Numbered from the stretch's first letter, positions 14,051-28,445 are shown. The stretch is 64,000 nucleotides of DNA from the human T2T-CHM13v2.0 reference genome, Homo sapiens (GCF_009914755.1 NC_060927.1), one strand, 5' to 3'. Notes: a model not told the origin generated them from the sequence alone. A program made the numbers and translations.

Positions 14051-16729
14051 TTTCTCTAGAAAGTGGAGGTAGCATATGAGTCTCATCTTCCCAATCATCC
14101 CACAAGCTGCCCTTCGCTCCATGTGTCTCCTGGGGAAGTATTTCATCATTTACTCTGGAAATAGCATTCAAATGTCATCACAACCTTGCAGCATATTTCT
14201 GAGTCTGTGAGTACCAAGGAACATGTTGTCCCTTTCAAACATGCCCCTTCACTTAGATAATGTCAGTGAGTTTTTGTGGAATCTGATTTAAATGTATGCG
14301 TAAACAGGAAAGAATGAAATAATCAAAATCCACAGGCTGTGAGAGAAGAAAAGTAAATGATATCTAGTTACATTTATTTGACCAATAATGACAAAAGAAA
14401 AAAGAGAAATTAAAATTAATGGGGAAATTCTTAGTTATAACTGTCAAGCAGACAGTGCAGGATACAAAATTGTACATATACAGTTTATTCTTGATAAATG
14501 AAATAGCTACAAAAGACTGGAAGGAAAAAAATGTCAAAATATTAGCAGTTACAGTGGTTGCCTTTAGGCAACAGAATTGTCCTTGAGTCTTATTACTCTG
14601 TTTTACATCTATGAATATACTATGCAGTAAAGTCATTTTTATAAACAGAAAGATATAACTAAATCAAAGCCATCATTGAAAGCTTTTGGCCAGTGGCTGT
14701 GATGTCTGGGTCTTTTAAATCCACAGGGGAAGCCAAACCCTCAAACCACAGTCACATCTTCTTGTTTGGGGAAGATAGTGGGCAAAGCAGATGCCTAGAA
14801 GCACCAAAAGGAAGTCTGGAGGGTTTGTTTTCTCCTTCCAAAGAAGGGAGCCATCTGCGTCTCTGCACATGGAAGTTTCAATTCATGTGTGTCACAGCCA
14901 TGAGGACATGAATGGCTGCCCAGGAATGCTTAGGGGCAGGCTGCTCTGTGGGCATTTGGTAACACAAGAAAAGAGGTGGTAATAGCCCAGCAATTCCAGC
15001 TATTTTTAATGCAACTCCAAGCTAATATACTTACTTCCTACATTTTAGCATCTATGCCAGGTTTAAAGAAACAGACCTGCCCCTAATTTAAGAGAAGAAA
15101 GGCCCCCTCCTGTCCCCCAAATTGTCCCTGCCATCATCCTTCACAGTGCTGCTGCATCCTGCCTCCTCACAGCAGAGCTCACCTCGAGCAACCAATTCCA
15201 TTTTAAGGAGACAGAGAACAATTTATTCAACTTCAATTTGCTGAGAGGAAAAACCTCCTATTCTCTAATATTAATTCTTGAAGCCGATTCAAAAACAATT
15301 TTTGTTCCTTGCCAGGGTTTGAGGCTTTGAAAGATATTAATGTAGACAGTCTTTGAAATATTAGGAGTTTGCAGCCATTGTGAGGATCCTGAAGTTAGCA
15401 AGCATAAAAGGAAGTCTTAGGGCAAAGTATATGTTATTCTGTGTGTTGAAATATATATCAAGCTTCTTGTGGGGTAAGGGGCTTGGGCACCCCTGGGGAA
15501 CTGTGGACTATATATAGATAAGTGTGACATTCGTTTAAAGCCGATCTGCCCTGTGAGAATGATTAGGTTTACTGGAGAGCTCTATTCTTATTTTAAAGTA
15601 AGTTTTTTACATCTCTAGTTCTGAAACACCCTCTATGCAGTTTTAGACATATACGACTTGTCTAATCCACAAGCCTATAGAGAATAGTGATGAGATGATA
15701 GCACATTTCGGTGCCTGCATTTCTCTCTCAAAGATTCAATATTTTCATTTTAGCTTTTTATTTTTACCATTTTTCACAGATAGCATGTAATGTATCTCCA
15801 CTGTTCTTCTTCAAGCTTTACGGTAAGATTCATAAACTTCAGCATTTTAACTGAACACATCAGTCATATTGAAGCACAGTACCTCTAATATGGTTAAAGT
15901 GTTTTATTGACACGTGACAAAACTTGACAACTTGTGTTTTTTATTATTAGAATTTTCTAATGGTTCAGGAGAGTAAAAATTAGGTAACAGTAGCACAAGG
16001 TTGAAGGAACTTCATTAGGTTGAGTTTGTTTTTTCACTTACTTGACTAGTTGTCTTTGTGCCACATAGTATGTGCTTAGTGGCATTGTGTCAAAATTTGT
16101 CAGGTCTCATACAATGAAGATATTCCTATAGATTCCCTGCTTCAGTCCATCTTATATTTTATCTTTCTAAAACACAGATGTGCTCATGCCATTGCTTGTA
16201 AATCTTGGTTGGTTCCTTCCTGTCTACCGAAGGAAAGCCAAACTGCTTAGCACCACATTCAAGACTCAAGACTCTTCAAGACTTAGCAATAGGTCCACAT
16301 CCCTCCCAATGTTTAACCCTTCTTCCCTCAGTGCCTCAGCAGTGGGGCACAACCAAAGGGCTATGAGGACCACAGAGAAGACTGCTTTGCAGGAAGCAGT
16401 GGTCCAGGTAGAGGTAAGGGGCAGGATTAGTAGGACAGAGCATGGCACTTGATGTCAAGAACTGGGTAGTGTGCACTTGGAACAAGGTGAGAGGCATTGT
16501 CACCAGGCTAGGCTGGATCGTGATACAGCCAAGGCTAATTGGCTGTAACTGAAAGTAGATCTTTGGAGAGTAGGAGTTGGAGGAGAAGGAAGAACACTGA
16601 AAGCCAGAGAGAAATGGAGAAAATCATTTCCATGTCTTTTCCTCCAGGAACCACTTCCATAGGCAGGCTTTGCAGGAATGACAGTTACTCAATGTAGAGA
16701 AAACTGGATATCCCTCTTTTAGACTTATT

Positions 16730-16960
16730 TTGGGCTCAGATTCCTGTGTTCAGCTTTTTGCTCCACCATTATAGGCTCTGTGACCTCAGTCAGGTTACTT
16801 TGCTTTTCTGTGCCTCCTTTTAGCGGCCAGCAAAATGGAGGTAAGAATTATTGTTGGAATTAAGAATTATTAGAAGAATTCAGAATTATTGGAAAGAGTA
16901 AACCAATTAACTCAGTTGTCTGTACATGATAGGCCCTCAATAAATCTTACCTAGTATTAT
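16730..16960 (+). mobile_element. MIR SINE
   Basis: ctctgtgacctcagtcaggttactttgcttttctgtgcctc...caataaatcttacctagtattat. Confidence 0.6.
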
Positions 16961-18770
16961 GATGAGTTTGGAAATTTTTTCCTTTACACATTTAGGAAAT
17001 AAGAAAGTACAGAAAGCAGAATTTGACTGCAGTGTGATAAGTGGGTGATCAACAAATCTAAGTTTGCTGTGATCTTTTCCCGTTTTAGCACTGAAAGTCC
17101 TCTATCCCGGTAGTAGTTGGTCACCCTATAACCCTATGAACAACTCTGTGAGGGTGGGAACTCTTTGCAAACAGAACATCAAGCTGCTTAGCACCATGAA
17201 AACAGCTGAATCACACAAAATTACCTTTTCTATAAGGTCTAAACTATCAAATAGCAGCAATTTCATATGGTCTGATCAAGTAAAAAGTCCTAGAAGAAGG
17301 CAAAGGAGAATAAGCCACCTTCTATACATTAACTCATGCCTGGGTATTTTTGTCCTTCTAGCTCAAAAGTAAAAAAAAAAAAAGTGTGACAAATATGTCT
17401 TAAGTACTTACTGTGTGCCAGGCATCAGACTATCTGATAGGTCAGGAGTTTATTATCTTTACTTTGATTGATCTTCATGACTTATAAGTTAAGAGGACCA
17501 ACAATATGAAATAGTGGAAATGTGAAGCCATCAAGAGCATTAACTCTAAACAGAAGGAAATAAGTCTAAAGGAGAATGTGTGTATCTTACAGATGAGAGG
17601 GACAGTGCCGGTGCCATGTGGGAGGAGACAGAGCTGCAGATGAGGAGGGTGAGTTACCCTGTGCCAACAACAGCGGGGTGAGCTAAGGTGCTTGAGGGTA
17701 GAGACGCAGTCAAGCCTCTCAAGCAAAAAATGCAGCAGCTAATTTCAGAGTGGGAAATGCCCCTCTGGGAGGAAGTCAACATCTTATGATCAGAACCGCA
17801 ATACTGAGATAGCTAAGAAAACACAAATTCAACTTTTAAAACGTTTTTATAAAAACACTGGAGAGAGAAAAAGTCCAAGTTCACTTTGGCTTTTGGAAGA
17901 GACCCAGAGGATTTCTTAATTCATCTGAAGCATTTTGGCCTGAGTTCTATTAAAACATTTTTAATTCTTTGATATGTAATCCTCTCTAGGGGTGTGGATA
18001 AAACAAGGGCATTATGAAGTTTTGTTTAGGGAATGTCATCCCATGAAAGTATTTGCCAGTGGATTTTGGAAGGATTCAACACTGTTTTGTTGGATGGTTT
18101 TATATACCAGGTGAATTGAACACATGAGAGCAGGGATTTTTACTCAAGAAAACTTGAGAAGAACTGTAACAAAGGGAAGAGAATAGAAGTCATAGTTTTC
18201 AATTCCAAGGACTCAGTAACCCATCAATGATTACTGGCTTCTAGGGAGAGAGTTAGATACCGAGTATTTTGTTAAATGTTTTACATTTATATAAATGTAT
18301 ATAGTACATATTCATATTTTATAAAGTCATTGATATGTACACCGAAAAGAGAAGAATTGAAAAATGGAAGACTAGGAAGATTGGACACTGTATCTGATGC
18401 TGTATTTCCAGTAAATTTAGCAAATAAAAAGTCTATCAAAGGAGTGCCCTATTTTGTTTCTGAATTTCAGATGAGCAGAACAGAAGCCACTCCTATGACT
18501 CTAGGACGGAAGAATGAGAATGAGGAAACTGGGGTTGTGCTTGCCTGGAGTCTAACCCGTGCACCACCTGTTATTAGAACCCTGGGAAAGCAGCCTACCA
18601 TCCAGTTTTAGGTTTGGCTTGTTGAAGCTATTGACGTTGTAGCATGCACTGTACTGAGGGAAGGGAAGGGATACCTGGCTTTGAGTTTAGAGGGCTGTGG
18701 CTAACAAGTGGCTATAAGCAAATGAATTATCATGCCTAATAAAATATTCAAGTGATAATTACTAAGTTAG

Positions 18771-19137
18771 TGAGAGAGTTTGGCTGTGTCCCCACACAAA
18801 TCTCATCTTGTATTGAAGCTCCCATGATTCCCACATATTGTGGGGGGGACCCGGTGAGAGATAATTGAATCATGGGGGCTGTTTCCCCCATACTGTTCTC
18901 CTGGTAGTGAATAAGTCTCACGAGAGCTGATGGTTTTATAAAGGGAAACCCCTTTCGCTTGGCTATCATTCTCTCTCCTGCTTGCCACAGTGTAAGACTT
19001 GCCTTTTGCCTTCTGCCATGATTGTGAGGCCTCCCTAGCCACGCAGAGCTGTGAGTCCATTAAACCTCTTTTCCTTTATTATAAATTACCCAGTGTTGGG
19101 TATGTCTTTATCAGCAGCGTGAAAACAGACTAATACA
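18771..19137 (+). mobile_element. THE1C MaLR solo LTR
   Basis: tg...tttggctgtgtccccac...gggaaacccctttcgcttggct...cagactaataca; perfect 5-bp TSD gttag at 18766-18770 and 19138-19142. Confidence 0.92.
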
Positions 19138-19206
19138 GTTAGTAAGGAAAAACCTTGACCAAATGGAAAAGTGTGCATGCATTATCTCAAGTCCATCAGA
19201 AATCTG

Positions 19207-19256
19207 AAAAACAAAACAAAACAAAACAAACAAACAAACAAACAAAAACCAAAAAC
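19207..19256. repeat. (AAAAC)n/(AAAC)n simple repeat
   Basis: aaaaacaaaacaaaacaaaacaaacaaacaaacaaacaaaaacc. Confidence 0.85.
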
Positions 19257-20366
19257 ACTATTCAAATAGTTTTTGCAACATGAAGAAAAAGGAGACAAAA
19301 TCAGACAACTGATAAGGGTTGGATCTGGCTTCTCACTGTTCTGTCAAGATGGGAGTTTCTGATTTAACCAGTGTCATATTGGTGGCTACTCTAACTGAAT
19401 TCATTGAAAAATTGCCATAATGTGATTCAGGATTTGCCTCTGTCAACTTACCTCCTTTTAGCATTTTATGTTTTAGTTCATAGAATAAAATAATCCCATT
19501 ATAGATAAGAAGCTTGAACTGCGAGATATAATTATGAGTCCTAATTCCAGCACTCAGAAAAAACACAACAAAATAACTGAAACAAAACCTAACATGCATA
19601 TAGTGCTCATTATGAGCCACAAACATTTTGTAAAAACTAATGCATGAAAACTAATTTAATCTTTACAACACTATTCATTCAACAACAGCTATTTGGTGAG
19701 TACTTTTATAGATTCTGGTGCCATGAAATAGAAGCTATCATTATCCCCATTTATGAGTGAATCTGATACATCAACTCATGCCTCCGCTTGAGCATTTTGG
19801 CCTTACTTAGCTCTTGAGATTTCAAATGCTCCCCTGGCAAGGAAAGCAAACCACATCCCCAAATTTCCTTTATCCTGATCTTCATTTATAAGCCTCTAGA
19901 GACCCTGGTGAATAGAGCTGAATTTTATTTATTTGAGTTCATCTCAGAACAGTGGTAGGGCATCTTTTCATGTCTTTGGAGACAGAGATTCACATGAGGG
20001 AGAGAAGAAGCTAAAACCATGAGCCATCACAGAGTACATCTTCCTGCTGGAAGCAGCACTAAATCAAATAAGACATAATGTATAGGAAGTTTGTCTTAAA
20101 AACCTTTAGGAAGAAGGCAGTCTACACAAATCTTCACTGAGTTCCTTCTCATTTCCTCTTTCTTGTTGTATAATACAATATGTGGGTGTAAATTAAGAGA
20201 AACATTAGGAAAAATAAGACCAAATAATCTAGGTAATTGTTATTTAACATGTATGAATCTCATTTTAATGAAAGAGAACAATATCATGGCCTATGACATA
20301 GTAAGTTTAAAAAGCTAAAAACAAAACAATAAGGTAAAAAGTAAACAGAAATAAACTTACGTGTAG

Positions 20367-21004
20367 GGACGGTTCTCAAAGTATGACTTATTGACCTCTG
20401 AGACTCCCTGAGACTCTTACAGGTAGCTCATGAAGTTAACATGATTTTCAGACTGTTACTAAGACATCCTTTGATTTGTTCATTCTCATTCTATCCTGAG
20501 GATACAATGGAGGTTTCCAGAGGCTACATAATGCGTGATAATCACAACTGATTGAATGCAGAAGCAAATCTGATAATCCAGCTGCCTTCCATTAAACCAG
20601 AAATAAAAGAAATTTGCAAAAATAGAAAGTGTGATTTATGTTAACATGCAATGGATTTATCATTATTTTAAAATAAATTACTAAATATTTCTAAAATCCT
20701 CATTTTAAGTGTCTAATATGATAAACATTGATACATGTAATCAGTGGTATGCTGCTAGATGTTTAACAACTGGCTCTCTGGGGGGACAGGGAGAGCCCTG
20801 ATTTGTAGTGCAAGCTGATTCCATGATGTAAATATTCCCACGATGGCAGATTTCAAGCTACCACTGAACCTGGTGTAGAGAGCTGGTTCCAGCTGGCTCC
20901 AGCACACTACTGGATATAATTCATACAAACAAAAACTCTTTGGGGCCTCAATAGTTTCTAGAAGTGTAAAGAGGTCCTGTTATCAAAAAGCTTGACAACT
21001 ACCA
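20367..21004 (+). mobile_element. hAT-Charlie element (Charlie1b-like), interrupted by MER63A
   Basis: ggttctcaaagt start; internal ttccagaggctacat...gattgaatgcagaagc...atccagctg; end aaaaagcttgacaactacc. Confidence 0.75.
20742..20912 (-). mobile_element. MER63A (hAT-Blackjack) MITE
   Basis: TIRs cagtggtatgctg / cagcacactactg; internal gccctgatttgtag and gatttcaagctacca; 8-bp TSD catgtaat/gatataat (6/8). Confidence 0.8.
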
Positions 21005-21675
21005 ATTATAGTATAATCACTTTTTTTGTTTAAAAATATCAATGGATATATACTTCTAAAAAGATATACACCAGTCTCTAATACAGCAGTTACTTCTTGA
21101 GTGGGGAAACTTAAATTTTACTTTACAAGCTTTTGTACCACGAATTTTTATAAAAATCATGAAACTCGAATATAAAAAGGAAAAAAACCCTCATTTTAAG
21201 GTTCAGAACTTGCTCAGAGACCTCTGGTCCTCAGTTTTCAAACGGTAAAATGTAGCCGACATGGGCTAGTTTGAGTAATGGGATTTCTTCCAGCCCTATA
21301 ACTCTATGATTTAATGATATTTCCACTCATTCTGGTACATATCTCACTTAGATAATCACTTTAGGGATGCTAGGGCCCTTCAGTCCCTCAAGTGACCCAG
21401 GATCTCCCCTGTGATGAGGCCTCTGCCTGCAATGCTCTCATTCTTGCCAACGCCTTTTGCCTGTTCACACCTAATTATTCTTTAGGTCTCAGCTGAAGAG
21501 TCTCTTCTCAAGGACTTCTCTATTGGGGTCCTTTGTTATATAGCCCCAGAGAACCCTGTTACTCCCCTCAGAGAACTTAATCCTGTGTTGTGTGGGCCCC
21601 AAGGGGAGCAGGGCCCATGGAGGTTTTCACTAACTGCCCATGTGGGCCCAGGCCTGTACAGAGAACATTGCAACT

Positions 21676-21790
21676 CATTTATTCACCCACAAATAAAAAG
21701 TGATGACCTACATGTGCTGGGCACATTTCTAGACACTGCAATATAGCTGTGAACAAACCAGACCAAGTCCCTGCTCTCGTGGGGCTGACA
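21676..21790 (-). mobile_element. L2 3' end fragment
   Basis: tcatttattcacc...cctacatgtgctgggcac...gtgaacaaaccagaccaagtccctgctctcgtggggctgaca. Confidence 0.7.
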
Positions 21791-24700
21791 TGCCCTGGCT
21801 CACAGCGACCTGGGGGCCTTGCTCCAGGACATACCACAAATACACGAGCAGACCCAGGCTGAGAACCCAGGTCTTCCACATCTAGTGCTTGTCCTCCTAC
21901 TTGCCTTAATTCCCAGATGCTGAGGTTCTATGAAGACTGACCTCAAGACACACAGGATAATTCAATATTTGTATCCTTTGACTTCTGGTAGGCATTAGGC
22001 CAGGTATTAATAATTCCAGAAGTCATAGATCCAAAGCAGAAGAGGCTCCAAAAAAGATGAAGACACAAAAATTTGGAAAAATGCAATAAGTGAGGCCACA
22101 CAGATGAAGTAGTCAGACACATGAGCATACCATATGTGAAACACAGCAAAGCTGACCTTTGTTGTGTTACTGATGCATAACCATAAAAAAACCCTACATC
22201 TTTAGATATCATATATCAGAATCATTTGGAGGTAAGGGTATTTTTAAAAATGTGTCTGAGAAAGAGAGAGAAAGAATTTAAATAGGCCATTGTTGCAAAT
22301 GCCTCTGTCAGGGAAAGGTCTTTGTAGTTAAAGTGAAATGGCATTTCTTTGTTAATGAGGGGAACATTTATGAAAAGCTCTATGCACATTTTTCAGAAAA
22401 TAATAATGTAGATATCTCCTACAATGCAATACATTTCTAGGTTTAGTCCACCTAACCTGTTGTCTAAAATATAATGCAGTTTCTAACATAAGCATCCATG
22501 AATAAATTGAGTCATATCTTGCAAGTTGGAATAATTTACAAAGCTATGGCAAATGCTTTTATTAAAGATTTCATATGGTAAAAAGTGGGTATAATAATCA
22601 CCTTGCCCATATTTCACTTAAAAACTGTTTATGGGAAGAAAGCCCACATTTTATACATTGAAAATTAATCCAGTTATTAGATGATACTTTGAAACTCAAG
22701 ACCAGTTTATAGTAATTATATTAATTAAAAGATAATAATGTTTCATGAATCAGGCAAATCTGGAAGTCAAAGGAATATAAAAAAGGATGCTTTGGTGCTT
22801 TTTGAAATTTGAAAATAAATTCTAAAATGATTTTAAATAATGTGTAACTTCTACCCAGCAAAGCTACAAATCAAATCAATTCTCTGTTCACCTAGGTCAA
22901 AGTTAAAAAAGTGTGACCATGAAGTTTGATGGCCTGTACAATGTGAATATTTTATACTGGTTTCCTCAAAATGGCTGCCCAGAAGTCTGACATTCATTCC
23001 TGTGCTAATTGCTCTCTCCTGGAGCTCACTGCATTAGATGCCTCACCCAGAGCTCTGGAACTGCTACTCTCCAGGGTCAGGCAATGATGCTGCTTGGATA
23101 CAGATGGTGGGATTTTTTTTTAGCAGGCAGACCACTGGCTGATGTTAAGCTTCAGGGCATTTTGATACACAAGGTTTGGGTTTACTCCCAGGAAGTGTCA
23201 GAAGGGCAGAGCTGGGGTCCTGGCACCTACCTGCGCCCCATGTGCTGACCAACAGGGCAGATTTAATAATTTCTTAATGACCCAAGTGGGTGCTAGGCTT
23301 GATGTCTGGAAACTCTGGTCAACAAGTTGGGATGCTGAATAGCGGGATCAAAAAGATGTATTTGGATAAATACATTCAGTTTGGCTTGAGATTTTCTTTA
23401 AATTGCAACACTTACTGAAGTCATTGGGAAACTATACACCTAACATTTTGCTTTAGAAAAAACCTTAAAAACAGTCACTTTTTTGTACTCTGTGGCATAA
23501 GCTGAAGCTTTTGATGCAATTTAAAATCAAGCATTTTTTTCTCCCAAATAGAATTCCAAGGTTGAGGCCTTAAAAAAAGTGATAGAAAAAGTAACTTTGA
23601 TCACATGAATCATATACATGTTTGGGTGGACAACAGAAATTAAACCATTCTTCTTTTAAAAGGAGATCTGGTACCTAATTCCTATATGTTACCACTTAAA
23701 TCATAATCCTTGACTAAAGAAAACATTCAGGAAAGAATAACTTAAAAGCACTGAGAAGGCATATTCAAGTCGAAGTAAAATTAAGCTACTGAAGAATAGA
23801 CAGACTGGAGCAAGTCTTAAAGACAGGTTAAAACACTTTAGAGTTCTTTCATGAAAGTTGGAATATTTTCTATATCACAAAATCCACTAGTATATAATGT
23901 TTCTGAACAGAAAGATACATGTTAAAAGCTAAAAACGAGTCAGGTCATATCTTTTTGCTTTCTGACAACGATATCAGAGCAGTATATTTTAATGTCCAGT
24001 TGAACATTATCAGTAAATTTACTTTCTTTATTTTTTGTTTGTTTAACTTTGGAAAACATTGTGTAACTTGCTTAATATTAAGCAGCAAAATGCACTTTTG
24101 GAAATAGGATTTTCTTTATCTATTACCAACGAGTTTAATATGTTCCTTATGGTGATAAGAGATTTTACAGTACTTTCGACTTAAGATACAAAGGTGCTTT
24201 TCACTGGGGAAGGGATTTGGTAGTAGAATAAGGTATTCTAAGATGAATGCTCTTGAGAATGTTAAAGATTCTACAATTCGTAACCCAAATATATATAATA
24301 ATATTTTCACATAGATTATAACTTTAAATACACATTTGATTCTTCTTTACATATTTACTCCATTATATATAAAATGTTCCACCCATACACAGTCCTGAAC
24401 ATTATCAAAGTGTACCTTAGCCATAGTTTCTAAGAAATAGACAAGATGAGTTTTCTCCTAATTCACACATGGTAGAGAATGCTAATTAGAAACACAGCTG
24501 ATGAGATTTCATTACAGTCTCTTAAACCTCCAGAGAATTGACACTGAGAAGATACTACTCATTGGGGCGCCAAATAATTGTAGGTGGGGAAAAAGTGAAG
24601 AAATTTTACTGTTTTCTAGAATTATCTATGGCATAATAGAATAGATAGCAAAGGTTCCTATAGATTCTATACCTAGTAACTTTCCAGATGTGTTTCATGA

Positions 24701-24794
24701 AATGCATCATATGTAAATTACTATATGAAACTGAAACTGGAAAGTGAGAGGTAAGCTGGAGGTTACTTTTGACTCAATAGAGATGAAAGAAAAG

Positions 24795-25012
24795 CAGCTG
24801 GGTGAGGTGGGTAAAGAACTGGACTTGGAATCAGTTCCAGTCCCATTTTCCCACCCATGTTTACTTGTGTAGACCCATGTAAATTACTTATTCTCTCTCC
24901 ATCCCAGCTTCCTCCTCAGTAAAATAGTTGCCAATAATAGCCCGCTGGTTATTGTGAGGGTCAAAGGTACTAATTTTCACTAACTGGCACCTATTAGTCC
25001 ATAAATATTAAC
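24795..25012 (+). mobile_element. MIR SINE
   Basis: aaagaactggacttggaatcag...cagcttcctcctcagtaaaat...ggttattgtgagggtcaaa...ataaatatta. Confidence 0.65.
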
Positions 25013-25445
25013 CAAATTTGTATTTTACTAAGTTTAAAATCAAAGAAGTGAAAGTAGATTCCCATTTTTTAATGTAGCCTAACAGTTTTACATGCTGCGA
25101 TTACTACAATGAATCTGTGCATCTTAAAGTGAAACCTCCATTTGTGAGCTTCAGGCAGGCAAGCAAGTCACTGTAGAAGGGAGCTTGACAATTGTTCTTT
25201 TTGGTTTTGACTGTGGGACTGCCTTCCCATATCTGAGAACTGTGGGAATACTTATTTGGGTAATGTCTTAGAAACACCCTGCCTGTGAATATAAATGTAC
25301 TTATACAAATAGCCAAATCTTGATAGTTCTAAGTCTCCACCTACTCACACAGAATATAAAATCCCTTGCAGAGTTTTCTTTTCTCTTAAATATTTACAGG
25401 ACTCCCCAAAGGGATCTTCATGAGTGACATTACTGTGCCCTAGGT

Positions 25446-25585
25446 CACTGGTTCTCAAGCGCTGCTGCATATTAGAACCATCTGGGAAGCTGGAAACAAT
25501 CCTGCTGCCCACGCTGCACCTCCTGCCAATTGCATCAGAATCTCTGGGGGAGCCACTGGCCAGCAAGATTTTTTAAACTCTCTAG
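25446..25585. mobile_element. MER5-type hAT MITE
   Basis: cactggttctcaa...gctgcatattagaaccatctgggaagct...atcagaatctctgggg. Confidence 0.7.
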
Positions 25586-25726
25586 AGTCCCAAGTCCCAA
25601 GCCTATCAGCATGTGGTTTCCCCTTGAACTCACTTGGACAGTTTGGCTCTGATCTGCTGAATCCAAAACCACACCTGCAAAATGACAGGACCTCAGCATC
25701 TGGTGTCCAGCATCTGGTGTCTTTCT

Positions 25727-25893
25727 AGATGCTCAACTCTGGCCACTCTTTAGAATCACTTAGGTAGAGTTTAAAATACTGCAGCTGAGGTCCCACTCCA
25801 GACTAAATAAATTAGAAATCCTGGGCATGGAGCCCGGGTATCTGGGACTTGTAAAAAATTCTAACATGCACCCAGGATTGAGCATTACTGCTC
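25727..25893. mobile_element. MER5-type hAT MITE
   Basis: ctcaactctggcc...ttagaatcac...ttctaacatgcacccaggattgagcattactg. Confidence 0.7.
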
Positions 25894-28209
25894 TGGGAGT
25901 TTCCAAGAGGAGGGAGCTGGGTGGCATGTGTTGTCAGAGCCTGGAGCTGCCCATCCCTCAGCTGCCTGCACCAACCTGCCCTTGCTGGGTTCCAACTGCA
26001 GCCTGTGCTCCCTCCCCACTGCTGCCCACTCTGCTGCCACCTGCCACCTGCAATTTCAGGACTGCCTCACTCCTTAGAGTATCTGCTATGTTTTCTGCCT
26101 CTGGCAGCTTAAGCTCCATCTTTGACTGTCTGTCTTGGCTACTTATTTCTCTTCAATTAGCAGGAAGGTACTTCATTTTTATGTGTTCAGTTCTTTCAGA
26201 GATGGTCCCTTAGAGTTGAGCATCCACTCAAATTCTTTCAAGTTTACATCTCAGCATTCCGGGGATGGGGTGGGCTCCAGCAGGGTCACTTGTGTTCCCA
26301 GGGAAACAATTTACTCCCCCCGAAACTTTACCATTTAGTGCCTCCCTTTCTCAGAGTGCAAGCATACCAGCAGGCAGGTGGGTTGGGAGGGCCAGCTTCA
26401 TTCTCACAGTGTCCCACAACAGGATGCTGGCCCTCAGGCTACATCAAACTCCTTTCCATTTATAGGAATTTTCCTCTTAAAGGTTTAGTTATCTTTTCCT
26501 GTGTCTGACTTCTTTCATTAGCTTCTTTTCACACATATATCACTACATGTCTAAATCCCAATTATGGATGAAATCCAAATTCCTTCTTTTGGGTTGCCTA
26601 GGCCTTAGGTCCATGAACATTCTGGAACCTATAATAAAGTGTTTTCTGCCTAGAACATAGGGAATATCCTTAAAGAGTGATGTTGCCTTATTCTACAGGC
26701 CAGTATATCCAAGTCCTACAAACAGCCCAGAAATTACATGAAACATTTGGCAGGGTCAAATGAGGAAGAAAATGTTCCCTTAAATCAGACTATATTTTTT
26801 CCCTGGAAGGTTAGATTGTCTCAAACTCTTTTAGTCTCTAGTATGCTTGGATGAAGCAAAAGACCCCTATAGACCTCAACTTGGTACTATAAGAGCAAGC
26901 CAAAACCCAAACAATAAATCAGTACAAAGGGGAAGAATAGTAGTGTTTTCCCTAGGGGATACTGCAAATTATTAAGTTATGCCAGAAATGAATACAGGCA
27001 GTGTCGTAATAATGGATCACTATGACACCAGCCTGCAGACCACCATTTAAGAACACCTGAATAAGGACATAAAAAGTTAAAACATAATTTCTTTTGTGGC
27101 CCTAGGGAAGACCTCGGCACTAGTCACAGAACTTCACATTAACCATCCAGAAACCTGGTGTGTCAGAATTCAGAATACTGAAACTCTGCCAGGACTCATT
27201 CCAAGTGCTAGCTCTGATCTCTGTGTGCCTGTCTGTTTCTAGTTGGCCAAGAGATCTTCTATCCCGGCCCTACGTTATAGGCCCCCATACTATAATCAGA
27301 GCAACATCTTCAGAAAGAGAAAGCAAGTCAAGGGCTAGGGTATGAAGCAATTGTCCTGGAAACCCCAAATCACACTTTCTCCAGATGTGAGTCTCAATGA
27401 TCATGTTTTCACAGATCTCTAGGGGAAAAGAACTGTGTGAATTCATATACTTACAGTGACTAAGGCAAGGTTAGACATTCTTTCCTAACAGAAGCATTCC
27501 TTTATTTTTCAACAGGGATCTTTTCCCTTCCTGTTTGTTCTTGAAAATTTAATTTGAACAAAGCAAGGCACAGCACAAACAAGGAAAAGAAACCTGTTTT
27601 AAAGCAGAGATTTTTTTTTTAACAGTTAGAACCAGTGGAAAAATACAACAGTAATAGTTTGTTACCTAGGTATTCACTGTTGAGGCAGGTCTATCATAAC
27701 AGTTTATTCTCCCTTAAGAAGAGATTGGTCACAGCTGATTCCAATCAAGTCCTTTTTCAATGTAACCCAGAGCAATTGTATTAAGTGACTCTCCTAAAAC
27801 CAAACTCTTGTTCTCACTTGTTAGATTTCCCTCTCGGGTACTTTATTAGGAGTTATATATCATATCTCCACTGATAGGATTCTTTGGATTTTTGAGCTGT
27901 GCCTCCAGAAGCAATTCAATTTCTTTTCTGAAGGAATTGCACAAAGACTTAACGTTTTATTAAATACATTTGCTGCATCTTTCAAGATTATTAAGGAAAT
28001 GGCATCCTTAAATTTGGCAACATTCTTTAACAAACACATGCTCAGGCACACATATTCAGCCTTGATGTTTTCTGCATTGCATCAATAAAATTTAATTGAA
28101 ATAAGTAGAAAAATTACAGTAATTTCCATTTATCATTCTAAAATGCCATTATGAGACTGAAGCCCTTCATACTTACACCTATCAAACAGGATGATAAAAC
28201 TGTAATGGG

Positions 28210-28335
28210 CTATTAAAGGGGGTTATGCCATTGCCATCCTTAGAAATTTTAAGGTAATAGTGGGCGACCATCTGTCTTGAGTGTTATCAAAGCAGGTACC
28301 AGGCCAGCTGATCTCCTAAATTCCATTCATATAAA
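28210..28335 (+). mobile_element. Possible L3/CR1 3' relic
   Basis: ccatccttagaaattttaagg...accatctgtc...gctgatctcctaaattccattc resembles a CR1/L3 tail; highly degenerate. Confidence 0.35.
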
Positions 28336-28445
28336 ATTTTCCATTATGCATTGAATCAGATCCATACATAGAAGGACATGAAATTTATATGTTGATATCC
28401 AAGCTTTGATGATGGTAGTTTTTGTTTTCTAAAAGTGAAAAATTA

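Noticed and set aside
16842-16895. Repeated agaattatt units with short spacers (array-like)
   Set aside because: Only three or four degenerate 9-mers inside a MIR; slippage, not CRISPR-like
18276-18611. 111-aa ORF with internal acceptor-like ttcag|atg
   Set aside because: No recognisable homology, low-complexity start and no strong donor
23222-23375. Minus-strand donor cag|gtaggt and a small 8-bp hairpin
   Set aside because: All three upstream frames contain stops, no clear acceptor, and the hairpin is within chance expectation
25694-25721. Exact 14-bp tandem duplication cagcatctggtgtc
   Set aside because: Ordinary slippage duplication with no functional sign
25827-26213. 128-aa ORF
   Set aside because: Starts within a MER5 element and runs through low-complexity CTGCC-rich sequence; no recognisable domain
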